Of a DNA stretch of 64,000 nucleotides, positions 1 to 9,273 are shown piece by piece (positions within the stretch are counted from its first letter, which is position 1; every line of letters begins with the position of its first letter). The stretch is from Pseudomonadota bacterium (lineage in GTDB: Bacteria; Pseudomonadota; Gammaproteobacteria; Burkholderiales; UBA9220): the NCBI GenBank assembly GCA_021845865.1, contig JAJZVC010000003.1:25618-89617 (forward strand), read 5' to 3'. Both the position numbers and the translations under genes were made by a program. A model generated the notes under the pieces. The model made no database searches, was not told the DNA's origin, and saw only the letters and a list, made by a program, of their open reading frames with translations.

Positions 1-860
1 TTCAGCCCCGCCTCGAGCCGGTCACGCAGCCCCGTACCCTCCTGCAACACCCGTGCCAGGCGACCGGGAAGCAGTTCGCAGGCGGCGCCGAAACCCACGA
101 TGGCCGGGACATTCTCGGTACCGGAACGGATGCCCCATTCCTGTCCGCCCCCGCTCAGGAGTGGCGCAAGTTCGACACGTTTGTCGACAATCAGCGCACC
201 CGCCCCCTTGGGGCCGTAAATCTTGTGGGCCGAAAGGGTCATCATGTCCACGCCCAGCGCCCTGAAATCCACCGCCATCTTGCCCAGGGCCTGAACCGCG
301 TCGGTGTGCGCCAAGGCGCCCGCCCGCCGGGCTTTATCCGCCACCGCCGCGACATCCTGCAACGCGCCGGTCTCGTTGTTGGCCAGCATCACCGACACCA
401 GGGCCGGGGATTCTGCCAGGGTCCGCTCCAGGTCGTCCAGGTCCAGGCGGCATTCCGCATCCACCGCGATCTCCCGCAACTTCCAGCCCTGCCGCCGCAA
501 ATCCTTCGCCGGCCTGGTCACGCAGGGATGCTCGATGCGGCTCACCGCGAGCGTGCCGGGTTTCAGCCAAGCCGCCGCGCCCTTCAGCGCCAGGTTATTG
601 GCCTCGGTGCCGCCGCTGGTGAAAACCACTTGGGAGGGATGCGCTCCCACCGCCGCGGCCACCTTTTCCCTCGCTTCCTCCACCGCCTGGCGGGCGGCGC
701 GCCCGAAGCCGTGGCGGCTGGAAGGATTACCGTACTGCCGGCTCCGTCCGCCGGCGGCCCCACCGCTCATTCCCGCGCCGAAATACGGCAGCATCTGCCG
801 CCACACCTCGTCCGCCACCGGCGTGGTGGCATTGTGGTCGAGGTAGATCGGCTCCTCCAT
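1..860 (-). CDS. cysteine desulfurase, NifS/IscS family (N-terminal ~286 codons; 3' end runs off the window)
   Basis: Absent from the ORF track because it has no stop in the window. Manual minus-strand translation from the ATG at 858-860 gives MEEPIYLDHNATTPV...VVFTSGGTEANN...LSAHKIYGPKGAGAL...RSGTENV. This includes the PLP-lysine motif SAHK. The gene lies directly downstream of iscR. Confidence 0.85.
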   Translation of the reverse strand, partial: MEEPIYLDHNATTPVADEVWRQMLPYFGAGMSGGAAGGRSRQYGNPSSRHGFGRAARQAVEEAREKVAAAVGAHPSQVVFTSGGTEANNLALKGAAAWLKPGTLAVSRIEHPCVTRPAKDLRRQGWKLREIAVDAECRLDLDDLERTLAESPALVSVMLANNETGALQDVAAVADKARRAGALAHTDAVQALGKMAVDFRALGVDMMTLSAHKIYGPKGAGALIVDKRVELAPLLSGGGQEWGIRSGTENVPAIVGFGAACELLPGRLARVLQEGTGLRDRLEAGL

Positions 861-867
861 CACCGGT

Positions 868-1347
868 TCAGGCGGCGACCGGCGCCCCGGCCTTGCCCCG
901 GGCCTTGGCCGAGCGCTTGTCGAGAATCTGCACCTCGCCGCTCTGCTGGTGGCCGGCCACCAGCTGGGCCAGGTTCACCGAACCGAGATAGTCGAAAATC
1001 CGGGCATTCAGGCCCATCCACAAATCATGGGTGAGGCAGGGCCGGTCGTCGTGGCAATTGCCTTCGCCGCCGCACTGGGTGGCATCCACCGCTTCATCCA
1101 CGGCACGGATGATGTCCGCGGTGGAAATATCCTTCAGGTCCTTGGCGATGTAATAGCCGCCTCCGGGCCCGCGCACGCTTTCCACCAGGCCGTGGCGGCG
1201 CAGGCGGCCGAACAGCTGCTCCAGGTAGGAGAGGGAAATCTTCTGCCGGTCGCTGATGCCGGCCAGGGTCACCGGTCCCTCTCCGTTGCGCAATGCCAGG
1301 TCCAGCATCGCGGTCACCGCAAAACGTCCTTTGGTTGTCAAACGCAT
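868..1347 (-). CDS. iscR: Rrf2-family Fe-S cluster regulator IscR
   Basis: 159-aa ORF with an N-terminal winged-helix segment ([18 protein letters not shown]...[10 protein letters not shown]). It has a Cys cluster ([13 protein letters not shown]) typical of the IscR 2Fe-2S ligands. It sits upstream of the desulfurase. Confidence 0.9.
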   Translation of the reverse strand: MRLTTKGRFAVTAMLDLALRNGEGPVTLAGISDRQKISLSYLEQLFGRLRRHGLVESVRGPGGGYYIAKDLKDISTADIIRAVDEAVDATQCGGEGNCHDDRPCLTHDLWMGLNARIFDYLGSVNLAQLVAGHQQSGEVQILDKRSAKARGKAGAPVAA

Positions 1348-1397
1348 CGGTCTAGCCCCTATTTAATAACGCTCGGTTGAGTCAGTAAAAATGTAAT

Positions 1398-1422
1398 TTA
1401 GTATAGTAAATTAGTCAACTAT
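1398..1422. promoter_or_regulatory. candidate IscR type-1 operator in the iscR promoter region
   Basis: TTAGTATAGTAAATTAGTCAACTAT matches 21 of 25 positions of the published type-1 motif ATASYYGACTRWWWYAGTCRRSTAT, and the right half is perfect. It lies 50-75 nt upstream of the iscR ATG in an AT-rich gap and overlaps the last codons of cysE. A TTGACT / 17 nt / TACATT sigma-70-like pair on the minus strand overlaps it. Confidence 0.3.
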
Positions 1423-2163
1423 TTTATTCAGGTAATTGGGATCGAAACCGTCGGCCACGGCACGGTCTTCCTGAACGTCAACGCCCAGGCCGCGCAACTG
1501 CTGGACCAGTTCGCTGATGCGCCGGTCGGTGGTCACCGTGTGGTCGAGGAGGGCGTGCACCGCCTTCACCACCGGGTCGTTCATATCCTCGCTGATGGCG
1601 TAGGCGGAGAAGCCGATTTTCTTCGCCTGCTCCTCCCGCCGCTTGGCCTGGTCCGAATCCAGGATGCGCGCCGGGATGCCGACGGCGGTGGCGTTGTCCG
1701 GCACGTCCTTCACCACCACGGCGTTGGACCCCACCTTGGCCCCGGCGCCGATCAGGATCGGCCCCAGTATCTTGGCGCCGGCGCCGACCACCACCCCCTT
1801 GCCCAACGTGGGATGGCGCTTGCCCTTTTTCCACGACGTCCCGCCCAGGGTAACGCCGTGGTAAAGAGTGCAGTCGTCGCCGATTTCCGCCGTCTCCCCC
1901 ACCACCACGCCCATGCCGTGGTCGATGAAAACCCGGCGGCCGATGGTGGCGCCGGGATGGATTTCGATGCCGGTCACCCAGCGGCTGAAGAAGGACACCA
2001 GCCGCGCCAGCCATTTCAGCCCCCAGTGCCACAGGCGGTGGGCCAGGCGGTGGAGCAGCAGGGCATGGACGCCGGGATAAAGGGTCAGCACCTCCCAGGT
2101 GGAACGGGCGGCGGGGTCGCGTTCGAATACGACGGCGATGTCTTCGCGCAGGTGACTGAACAT
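1411..2163 (-). CDS. cysE: serine O-acetyltransferase
   Basis: Motifs FERDPAARS...[17 protein letters not shown] followed by hexapeptide repeats ([38 protein letters not shown]). The track ORF begins at a TTG (2235). I prefer the first ATG (2163, MFSHLREDI...), which gives 250 aa. Confidence 0.85.
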   Translation of the reverse strand: MFSHLREDIAVVFERDPAARSTWEVLTLYPGVHALLLHRLAHRLWHWGLKWLARLVSFFSRWVTGIEIHPGATIGRRVFIDHGMGVVVGETAEIGDDCTLYHGVTLGGTSWKKGKRHPTLGKGVVVGAGAKILGPILIGAGAKVGSNAVVVKDVPDNATAVGIPARILDSDQAKRREEQAKKIGFSAYAISEDMNDPVVKAVHALLDHTVTTDRRISELVQQLRGLGVDVQEDRAVADGFDPNYLNKIVD

Positions 2164-2252
2164 GGGTGGAACGTCTGAATTCAAGGGTTGCGGTTCGGAA
2201 GGGCGAAGTATGCTATGCCCCTTCGTTTCGGTCAACTATTTAATCGATATTT

Positions 2253-2987
2253 CTATCGGGAGATGGCCTTATCCACCGCGGTCAGGATGCCCCGCAGGAT
2301 ATTGGCTTCGTCCTTCCGCGGCCGCGCCCGGGCGAACATCCGCCGCAGGCGGGACATCAGCTTCTTGGGCTGGGCGGGGTCGAGGAATTCGGTGCGGTAA
2401 AGGGTCTGCTCCAGATGACGGTAGAATCCCTCCATTTCCTCGCTGGTGGCCAGCGCCTCGGCAGGCTCCACCGTGCACGCCTTCTCCTCCAGCAGCGCCA
2501 GGCGCAGCTCGTAGGCCGCCACCTGAACCGCGGAACCCAGGTTGAGGGAACTGTAGAGGGGATTCGAAGGGATACTCACCCGCATTTGGCACCGGTCCAT
2601 CTCGGCGTTGGTCAGGCCGCTGGTCTCGTTGCCGAACAACAGCGCCACCGGCTGGCTGCGGGCACGCTCGGCCAGTTCCAGCGCCGCTTCCCGCAGGGTG
2701 TAATCCCCCGGCCCCACGTCCCGCTTGCGGGCGGTGAGCCCGGCCACCAGCGCCGCTCCCTCCAAGGCCTCGTCCAAGGCAGCGCACACCGTCGCCCCCT
2801 CCAGCACGTCCAGGGCGCCGGAAGCGCGGGCCTCGGCGGCCGGATCGGGAAAATGGCGCGGTTCCACCAGCACCAGGCGACTCATCCCCATGGTCTTCAT
2901 GGCCCGGGCGGCGGCGCCGATATTGCCAGGGTGGCTGGTATGACTGAGGACGAAGCGGAGATTGGCGAAGGGATCGGGTTTATTCAT
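2253..2987 (-). CDS. trmJ: SpoU/TrmH-class tRNA 2'-O-methyltransferase (TrmJ-like)
   Basis: The core reads LRFVLSHTSHPGNIGAAARAMKTMG...LLFGNETSGLTNAEM...IPSNPLYSSLNLGSAVQVAAYEL. The start was moved to the internal ATG at 2987 (MNKPDPF). The gene is divergent from suhB, as in enterobacteria. Confidence 0.8.
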   Translation of the reverse strand: MNKPDPFANLRFVLSHTSHPGNIGAAARAMKTMGMSRLVLVEPRHFPDPAAEARASGALDVLEGATVCAALDEALEGAALVAGLTARKRDVGPGDYTLREAALELAERARSQPVALLFGNETSGLTNAEMDRCQMRVSIPSNPLYSSLNLGSAVQVAAYELRLALLEEKACTVEPAEALATSEEMEGFYRHLEQTLYRTEFLDPAQPKKLMSRLRRMFARARPRKDEANILRGILTAVDKAISR

Positions 2988-3045
2988 GGGCCGGTTGCAA
3001 GTAAAATGACGGTATTCGTTCCATGCGTTCCTTAAAGGCTCCCTC

Positions 3046-3849
3046 ATGCATCCCATGCTCAACACGGCGGTGAAGGCCGCCCGCCGCGCCGGCTCCATCA
3101 TCAACCGCGCTTCCCAGGACCTGGATCGGCTGACGATCCGCCACAAAAGCGCCAACGACTTCGTCACCGAAGTGGATCAGGCCGCCGAGCAGGCGATCAT
3201 CGAGATCCTTCTTGACGCTTATCCGAAGCACGCGATTCTAGCAGAAGAGAGCGGCCCCCGCGGCGACTCGGAATACCAGTGGATCATCGACCCCCTGGAC
3301 GGCACCACCAACTTTCTCCACGGTTTTCCCCAGTACGCCGTCTCCATCGCCCTCCTCCACAAAGGAGTGCTGACCCACGCCGTGGTCTACGACCCGGCGA
3401 TGAACGACCTTTACACCGCCACCCGTGGCGCCGGCGCCTTCCTCAACGACCGCCGCATCCGGGTATCCAAGCGCGCCCAGCTGAAGGAAGCCCTCATCGG
3501 CACGGGCTTTCCCTTCCGCGATTTCACCCACGTGGACGCCTACCTCGGCATGTTCAAGGACATGATCCAGAAGACCAGCGGCGTGCGCCGCCCCGGCTCC
3601 GCCGCCCTGGACCTGGCCTATGTCGCCGCCGGCCGCCTCGACGGCTTCTGGGAAATCGGCCTCTCCCCCTGGGACATCGCCGGCGGCTCTCTCCTGGTTC
3701 AGGAAGCGGGCGGCCTGGTGGCCGACTTCGAGGGCAACGAGAAATTCCTCGACAGCGGCAATATCGTCGCCGGCAACCCGAAAATCTTCGCCCAGGTTCT
3801 GCAAACCATCGCCCCTCACCTCACCCCGGCCCTGAAAACCCCTGCCTGA
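3046..3849 (+). CDS. suhB: inositol monophosphatase family protein SuhB
   Basis: 267 aa with motifs EESG...[12 protein letters not shown]...[20 protein letters not shown]. Confidence 0.9.
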   Translation: MHPMLNTAVKAARRAGSIINRASQDLDRLTIRHKSANDFVTEVDQAAEQAIIEILLDAYPKHAILAEESGPRGDSEYQWIIDPLDGTTNFLHGFPQYAVSIALLHKGVLTHAVVYDPAMNDLYTATRGAGAFLNDRRIRVSKRAQLKEALIGTGFPFRDFTHVDAYLGMFKDMIQKTSGVRRPGSAALDLAYVAAGRLDGFWEIGLSPWDIAGGSLLVQEAGGLVADFEGNEKFLDSGNIVAGNPKIFAQVLQTIAPHLTPALKTPA

Positions 3850-3856
3850 CACTGCC

Positions 3857-6439
3857 GTGAACGACCCTGCCCCCCTGCCGATGGAGGACTTGGCCCGCCA
3901 CACGCCCATGATGCAGCAATACCTGCGCATCAAGGCGGAATACCCCTCCATGCTGCTGTTCTACCGCATGGGGGATTTCTACGAGCTGTTCTTCGACGAT
4001 GCCGAGCGGGCCGCCCAGCTGCTGGGCATCACCCTCACCCGCCGCGGCGCGTCGGGGGGCGAGCCGATCAAGATGGCGGGGGTGCCCTACCATTCGGTGG
4101 AGCAGTATCTGGCCAAGCTGGTGAAGTTGGGGGAATCAGTCGCCATCTGCGACCAGGTGGGCGATCCCGCCACCAGCAAGGGGCCGGTGGAGCGCCGCGT
4201 CACCCGCATCGTCACCCCCGGCACCCTCACCGACAGCGCCCTCCTCGACGACAAGCGGGACAATCTGCTGCTGGCCCTGTTTCCCACCAAGGAACTCACC
4301 GGCCTGGCGTGGCTGAACCTGGCCAGCGGCGAATTCAAGGTGGCGGAAATCCTCCCATCCCGCCTCGCCGCCACCCTGGAGCGGCTCAAACCCTCGGAAG
4401 TGCTGCACCCCGAGCAAGCGCCCCTTCCCCCCGGCTACGCCGCCACCCGCCAGCCGGCGTGGCAGTTCGACTTCGACACCGCCGTCGCCTCCCTTACCCG
4501 CCAGTTCAATACCCTCGACCTGGCCGGCTTCGGCTGCGAGGACCTGGGCCCGGCGGTGCAGGCGGCGGGCGCCCTGCTGGAATACGTCAAGCACACCCAG
4601 CGGGCCGCCCTGCCCCACCTCCAGCCCCCCCGGGTAGAACGGGAAAGCGCCTACGTCCTGATGGACGCCGCCACCCGGCGCAACCTGGAACTCACCGAGA
4701 CCATCCGCGGCGAAGCCTCTCCCACCCTGCTCTCCCTGCTGGACGCGTGCGCCACCGGCATGGGCAGCCGCTGGCTGCGCCACGCCCTGCACCACCCCCT
4801 GCGCGACCACACCGCCCTCAAGGAGCGTCTGGACGCCGTGGCCGCCCTGGTGGGCGAAGGCGGCCAGGGCCACTACGGGGGGATTTTCCGTTCCCTGCGG
4901 CAAATGGCGGACGTGGAGCGCATCAGCGCCCGCATCGCCCTCAAGACCGCCCGCCCCCGGGACCTTTCGGGCCTGCGGGAAAGTCTTGCCCTGCTGCCGG
5001 AACTGCACGACCTCCTGGCCGACCGCGCCAGCACCCGCCTGCAAGCCCTGCGCGGCGGATTGGCGGCGGAAGAGGAAATCGTCGCCCTGCTGGCCCGCGC
5101 CATCAAGGAAGAACCCAGCTCGGTACTGCGGGAGGGGGGCGTGATCGCCACCGGCTACCACGCCGATCTGGACGAGCTGCGCGCCATCCAGAACGACTGC
5201 GGCGAGTTCCTGCTCGCTTTGGAGGCGAGGGAGAAGGAACGCACCGGCATCGCCACCTTGAAGGTGGAATACAACAAGGTCCACGGCTTTTACATCGAGG
5301 TCTCCCGCGCCAACGCCGACAAGGTGCCGGACGACTACCGCCGGCGCCAGACCCTGAAAAACGCCGAGCGCTACATCACGCCGGAACTGAAGGCCTTCGA
5401 GGACAAGGCCCTGTCCGCCGGAGAGCGGGCCCTGGCCCTGGAAAAACGGCTCTACGACGAGCTGCTGGACCGCCTTGCACCAGCCATCCCCCGCCTCCAG
5501 GCCATCGCCCGGGCGGTGGCGGAACTGGACGGCATCGCCGCCCTGGCCGAACGGGCCCATACCCTGAACTGGGCGATGCCCGAATTCACCCGGGACGCCC
5601 TCATCGACGTGGCCGGTGGCCGCCACCCGGTGGTGGAGCACCAGATCAAGGGCAGCGAACCCTTCATCGCCAACGACGTGCGTCTGTCCCGCACCCGTCA
5701 GATGCTCCTCATCACCGGCCCCAACATGGGGGGCAAGTCCACCTATATGCGCCAGACGGCGCTGATCGCCCTCCTGGCCCACGTGGGCTCCTTCGTCCCC
5801 GCCGACCGTCTGCGCATCGGCCCCATCGACCAGATTTTCACCCGCATCGGGGCCTCCGACGATTTGGCCGGCGGCCGCTCCACCTTCATGGTGGAAATGA
5901 CCGAAACCGCCAACATCCTCCACAACGCGACGGAAAAAAGCCTGGTGCTGCTGGACGAGATCGGCCGCGGCACCTCCACCTTCGACGGCCTCGCCCTGGC
6001 CTATGCCGTGGCGCGGCAGCTGGTGGAAAAGAACCGCAGCCTGACCCTTTTCGCCACCCACTACTTCGAGCTTACCCACCTGGCCCAGGAGTTCCGCCAG
6101 ATCGCCAACGTCCACGTGGAAGCGGTGGAGCACCGTGGCGGCATCGTCTTCCTCCACAGCGTGGCGGAAGGGCCGGCCAGCCAGAGCTACGGCCTGCAGG
6201 TCGCGCAACTGGCCGGCGTGCCGCCGACCGTGATCCAGGTGGCGCGCCGGCGCTTGCAGCAATTGGAGCAGCAGGCGGTGGCCGACGACAAGCAGGGGGA
6301 TTTGTTCGCCGCCATCAGCGACGAAGAGCCGGAGGAGGAACACCCGGCCCTGGCGGAACTGCGCAGCGCCGACCCGGACGAACTGACCCCGAAATCGGCG
6401 CTGGAACTGGTCTACAAGCTGAGAAAACTGCTGGGTTAG
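3857..6439 (+). CDS. mutS: DNA mismatch repair protein MutS
   Basis: 860 aa with [16 protein letters not shown]...[11 protein letters not shown] at the N-terminus, Walker [10 protein letters not shown], and [11 protein letters not shown]. The track start is a GTG (3857); the ATG at 3881 is an alternative. Confidence 0.95.
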   Translation: MNDPAPLPMEDLARHTPMMQQYLRIKAEYPSMLLFYRMGDFYELFFDDAERAAQLLGITLTRRGASGGEPIKMAGVPYHSVEQYLAKLVKLGESVAICDQVGDPATSKGPVERRVTRIVTPGTLTDSALLDDKRDNLLLALFPTKELTGLAWLNLASGEFKVAEILPSRLAATLERLKPSEVLHPEQAPLPPGYAATRQPAWQFDFDTAVASLTRQFNTLDLAGFGCEDLGPAVQAAGALLEYVKHTQRAALPHLQPPRVERESAYVLMDAATRRNLELTETIRGEASPTLLSLLDACATGMGSRWLRHALHHPLRDHTALKERLDAVAALVGEGGQGHYGGIFRSLRQMADVERISARIALKTARPRDLSGLRESLALLPELHDLLADRASTRLQALRGGLAAEEEIVALLARAIKEEPSSVLREGGVIATGYHADLDELRAIQNDCGEFLLALEAREKERTGIATLKVEYNKVHGFYIEVSRANADKVPDDYRRRQTLKNAERYITPELKAFEDKALSAGERALALEKRLYDELLDRLAPAIPRLQAIARAVAELDGIAALAERAHTLNWAMPEFTRDALIDVAGGRHPVVEHQIKGSEPFIANDVRLSRTRQMLLITGPNMGGKSTYMRQTALIALLAHVGSFVPADRLRIGPIDQIFTRIGASDDLAGGRSTFMVEMTETANILHNATEKSLVLLDEIGRGTSTFDGLALAYAVARQLVEKNRSLTLFATHYFELTHLAQEFRQIANVHVEAVEHRGGIVFLHSVAEGPASQSYGLQVAQLAGVPPTVIQVARRRLQQLEQQAVADDKQGDLFAAISDEEPEEEHPALAELRSADPDELTPKSALELVYKLRKLLG

Positions 6440-6445
6440 GCAGTC

Positions 6446-6925
6446 TCAGTGATGATGGCCGCCCTCGCCATGGACGTGGCCGTGGGAGGTTTCCTCGGAG
6501 GTAGCGGGGCGCACGCCGGTGACGGTGCAGGAAAAGAACACCCGCTGGCCGGCGAGGGGGTGGTTGGGGTCCAGCACCGCCTTGCCCTCGGCGATGTCGG
6601 TGACGGTATAAATGAGGGTATGGCCGCTGGCCGGGTCGGTGCCCTCGAAACGCATCCCGACTTCCGCTTCTTCCGGCAAGGCCTCCAGGGATTCCACCTG
6701 GACCATCTGGCTGTCGTACTCGCCGAAGGCGTCCTCGGGCTCCAGGGAAACGCCGATGGATTCGCCGATCCCCTTGCCCTCCAGGGCTTCCTCCACCTTG
6801 GGGAAAATTCCTTCGTAACCGCCGTGAAGGTAGCTCGCCGCTTCATCGCTGCGTTCCAGCAGCTTGCCGTCGCTGTCGAACAGTTCGAAGGTGAAGGAAA
6901 CCACGGTATCTTTGCCTATCAGCAT
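6446..6925 (-). CDS. slyD: FKBP-type peptidyl-prolyl isomerase SlyD
   Basis: 159 aa with an FKBP core (VVSFTFELFDSDGKLLE...HPLAGQRVFFSCTVTGVR) and a short C-terminal His-rich tail (HGHVHGEGGHHH). Confidence 0.85.
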   Translation of the reverse strand: MLIGKDTVVSFTFELFDSDGKLLERSDEAASYLHGGYEGIFPKVEEALEGKGIGESIGVSLEPEDAFGEYDSQMVQVESLEALPEEAEVGMRFEGTDPASGHTLIYTVTDIAEGKAVLDPNHPLAGQRVFFSCTVTGVRPATSEETSHGHVHGEGGHHH

Positions 6926-7392
6926 TATTTCATTCCTTTGACCAGGGCCAGCACCTCGGCGGCATGCCCCTTGGGGTTAACGTTATACAGCGCGTGACGG
7001 ACCTTGCCCTGCTTATCGATGACGAAGGTGGAGCGGACGATGCCCATCTTTCGCACGCCGTCGCACTCCCTCTCCTGCCAGACGCCGTAAGCGGCGCAAG
7101 CCTCCGCCTCCGTGTCGGCCAGCAGGCGCACCGACAGGCCGTGCTTGTCGCGGAAGGCGGCATGGCGAAGACAGTCGTCCCGGCTCACGCCCAGCACCAC
7201 GGCGTCAGCATCGGCGAACGCCTCCTCCAAATCCCCGAATTCGATTGCCTGCAGGGTACAGCCGGGAGTATCGTCCTTGGGATAAAAATACAGCACCACG
7301 TTTTTCTTGCCCTTGAGCCCGGTCAAGCGGACCAACTCCATATCGGCATCCGGCAACGTGAAATCCGGGGCGGTTTGACCTGTTTGCAGCAT
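6925..7392 (-). CDS. bcp: thiol peroxidase Bcp (peroxiredoxin)
   Basis: 155 aa with the motif YFYPKDDTPGCT containing the peroxidatic Cys. It overlaps the slyD start by 1 nt. Confidence 0.9.
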   Translation of the reverse strand: MLQTGQTAPDFTLPDADMELVRLTGLKGKKNVVLYFYPKDDTPGCTLQAIEFGDLEEAFADADAVVLGVSRDDCLRHAAFRDKHGLSVRLLADTEAEACAAYGVWQERECDGVRKMGIVRSTFVIDKQGKVRHALYNVNPKGHAAEVLALVKGMK

Positions 7393-7494
7393 AGGCGCTC
7401 CCTCCTTGGCTTCATTCTAAACCATTTCGCGCCGGGCGGAAGTCGACCGCCATGCTAGACTTCGATGACATCGCCATTCTTCCCGAGGCCGCCC

Positions 7495-7974
7495 ATGCCG
7501 GAACATCATGCCCTCCTCGGCAGGCAGGAATACATTGCCGCCCTGGACCAACTGATCAGCCAGGGCCACAAGACCCTGCGTATTTTCGATTACAACCTGG
7601 AGGGGGGCGGCTACGAAAGCCTTTCCCGGGCGGAAAACCTGAAACGCTTCCTCGCCGCCTCGCCGTCCAACCGGCTGTTTCTGGTCGTCCACGACGCCGC
7701 CTTCCTGTCCCGGAGCTGCCCCAGATTGCTGGAACTGCTGAAACACTACGGCCACGGCTTCGCCGTGCATGAAACCACGGACGAGGCAAAAGGCATCTAC
7801 GACCCCTTTGCCGTTGCCGACGAAAGCCACTATGTGCACCGCTTCCATTATCGCCAGGACCGCGCCGAACTGGCCCTGGAAGACGACGTCGGCGCCCACG
7901 GCCTAATCAAGCGCTTCGAAGAGCTATGGCAGGCCTCCAGCCCCGCCGCTCCCGTTACCACCCTGGGAATTTAA
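7495..7974 (+). CDS. hypothetical protein (159 aa; 169 aa if the ATG at 7465 is used)
   Basis: An uninterrupted ORF with genome-typical codon bias, divergent from bcp. GAGG lies 8 nt upstream of the ATG at 7495, and no SD precedes 7465. I recognise no diagnostic motif. Confidence 0.5.
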   Translation: MPEHHALLGRQEYIAALDQLISQGHKTLRIFDYNLEGGGYESLSRAENLKRFLAASPSNRLFLVVHDAAFLSRSCPRLLELLKHYGHGFAVHETTDEAKGIYDPFAVADESHYVHRFHYRQDRAELALEDDVGAHGLIKRFEELWQASSPAAPVTTLGI

Positions 7975-8184
7975 TGCCAAAGGAATAAACCGGCCACGGG
8001 CAAATTTTCCAAATCCGCCACTACCCCCCTGAAATAAGGGAAAATAAAAGGGGACTTCATGGGTCGGCTACTAGAAAAAAAATTTAAACCTGCTAGAATT
8101 TGTCCCGCAGTTGGTTGACTGACTCAAGGTTGGCCGGCTTGAATGAATTTCTTTTCGTCGTCAAATCTTTAAAGGGAATCAATA

Positions 8185-8439
8185 ATGAAATACTCCGTTC
8201 TGCTCGCCGCTCTGCTGGCCCTGTCTCTGTCCGCTTGCGGCAAGAAAGAAGAAGCTGCTGCTCCCGCCGCCGCTCCCGAAGCCGCTGCTCCCGCTGCTGC
8301 TCCCGCTCCTGCTGCTGCTCCCGCCGCTGACGCTGCTGCTCCCGCCGCCGCTCCCGCTGCTGACGCTGCTGCTCCCGCCGCCGCTCCCGCTGCTGACGCT
8401 GCTGCTCCCGCCGCCGCTCCCGCTGGCGACAAGAAGTAA
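8185..8439 (+). CDS. small Ala/Pro-repeat lipoprotein
   Basis: 84 aa with signal peptide and lipobox (MKYSVLLAALLALSLSAC). The mature part is almost entirely A/P/E/D with three exact ADAAAPAAAPA units. A strong terminator follows. Confidence 0.7.
   Translation: MKYSVLLAALLALSLSACGKKEEAAAPAAAPEAAAPAAAPAPAAAPAADAAAPAAAPAADAAAPAAAPAADAAAPAAAPAGDKK
8326..8424 (+). repeat. perfect 3 x 33-bp tandem repeat inside the lipoprotein gene
   Basis: The unit GCTGACGCTGCTGCTCCCGCCGCCGCTCCCGCT occurs at 8326-8358, 8359-8391 and 8392-8424 without a mismatch. Confidence 0.95.
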
Positions 8440-8456
8440 TCCAGCGTACCAGCAAG

Positions 8457-8488
8457 AAAAAGCCGGCCTCATGGCCGGCTTTTTTATT
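8457..8488. terminator. bidirectional rho-independent terminator
   Basis: AAAAAGCCGGCC-TCAT-GGCCGGCTTTTTTATT: an 8-bp GC stem flanked by an A-run and a T-run. It sits between the convergent lipoprotein and MBL-hydrolase genes. Confidence 0.8.
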
Positions 8489-8505
8489 GCCCTGCTTTAC
8501 GCGCC

Positions 8506-9273
8506 CTATGCCACTTGGCGCCAGTCGAAACCGCCATCCTGGTCAGCGACGCCGACCCATTCCTCTTCGCAATCCAGCGCAGCGCTCAACGCCCTGACCG
8601 CCAGCGCCGAGGTATTGTTGTGCTGGCTGATATGGGCCGCCACCACGTGCTGCAGCTTGGGATTGCGCACTCTTTCCACCAATGACGCCGCTTCCTCGTT
8701 GCTCAAGTGGCCGAATTTTCCCGCCACCCTCTGCTTGAGGGGATAGGGATAGGGGCCCGTGCGCAGCATTTCCGGATCGTGGTTGCACTCCACCACCAGC
8801 GCATCGCAGTTCTCCAAAGTGGCCACGATGTGGGGCGTGATGCAGCCGGCATCGGTCAACACGCCGAGACGCCGGGCGCCGTCGCCGAACACGAACTGCA
8901 CTGGTTCGCGGGCGTCGTGGGGGACCGGGTAGGGTTCCACCTCCAGGTCGCCGATGGCCCAGGGCGCATGGCTGTCGATGACATGGAGCGTATCGGGAAG
9001 GGCCAGCCGGGGAGCGAGCGCGTTCAGCGTGCCGTGGCTCAGCCATACCGGCAGCCCATGGCGGCGGGCGAATTTGAAGGCGCCGTCGGCATGGTCGGAA
9101 TGCTCGTGGGTCACGAGCACCCCCGCCAGCACCCCGGCATCCAGGCCGAGGCGGCCGAGGCGACGGCTGGTTTCCCGGATGCCGAAGCCGCAGTCAAGCA
9201 AAAGCCGGGTTTCCCCGGCTTCCACTACCAGCGCGTTGCCGCCGCTGCCACTGCCCAGCGAAGCAAAACGCAT
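8506..9273 (-). CDS. MBL-fold metallo-hydrolase
   Basis: 255 aa with the HxHxDH motif (VTHEHSDHADG) and downstream metal ligands. Confidence 0.8.
   Translation of the reverse strand: MRFASLGSGSGGNALVVEAGETRLLLDCGFGIRETSRRLGRLGLDAGVLAGVLVTHEHSDHADGAFKFARRHGLPVWLSHGTLNALAPRLALPDTLHVIDSHAPWAIGDLEVEPYPVPHDAREPVQFVFGDGARRLGVLTDAGCITPHIVATLENCDALVVECNHDPEMLRTGPYPYPLKQRVAGKFGHLSNEEAASLVERVRNPKLQHVVAAHISQHNNTSALAVRALSAALDCEEEWVGVADQDGGFDWRQVA

Noticed and set aside
4136-6504. 735-aa (minus strand) and 731-aa (plus strand) ORFs overlapping mutS
   Set aside because: These are antisense and off-frame shadows of mutS with low-complexity Gly/Arg/Pro/Ala composition. The mutS frame carries all the diagnostic motifs.
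8326-8424. Possible CRISPR array (33-bp direct repeats)
   Set aside because: The repeats are directly abutting with no spacers, lie inside a coding frame, and no cas genes are nearby.
8093-8472. Three minus-strand ORFs (87-120 aa) with striking RERRREQQRQQ, AAAGAAAS or GSGGGSSSV repeats
   Set aside because: They are the antisense frames of the 33-bp repeat in the lipoprotein gene. The plus-strand frame has a signal peptide and lipobox, an SD-like sequence and a terminator; the minus-strand frames have none of these.
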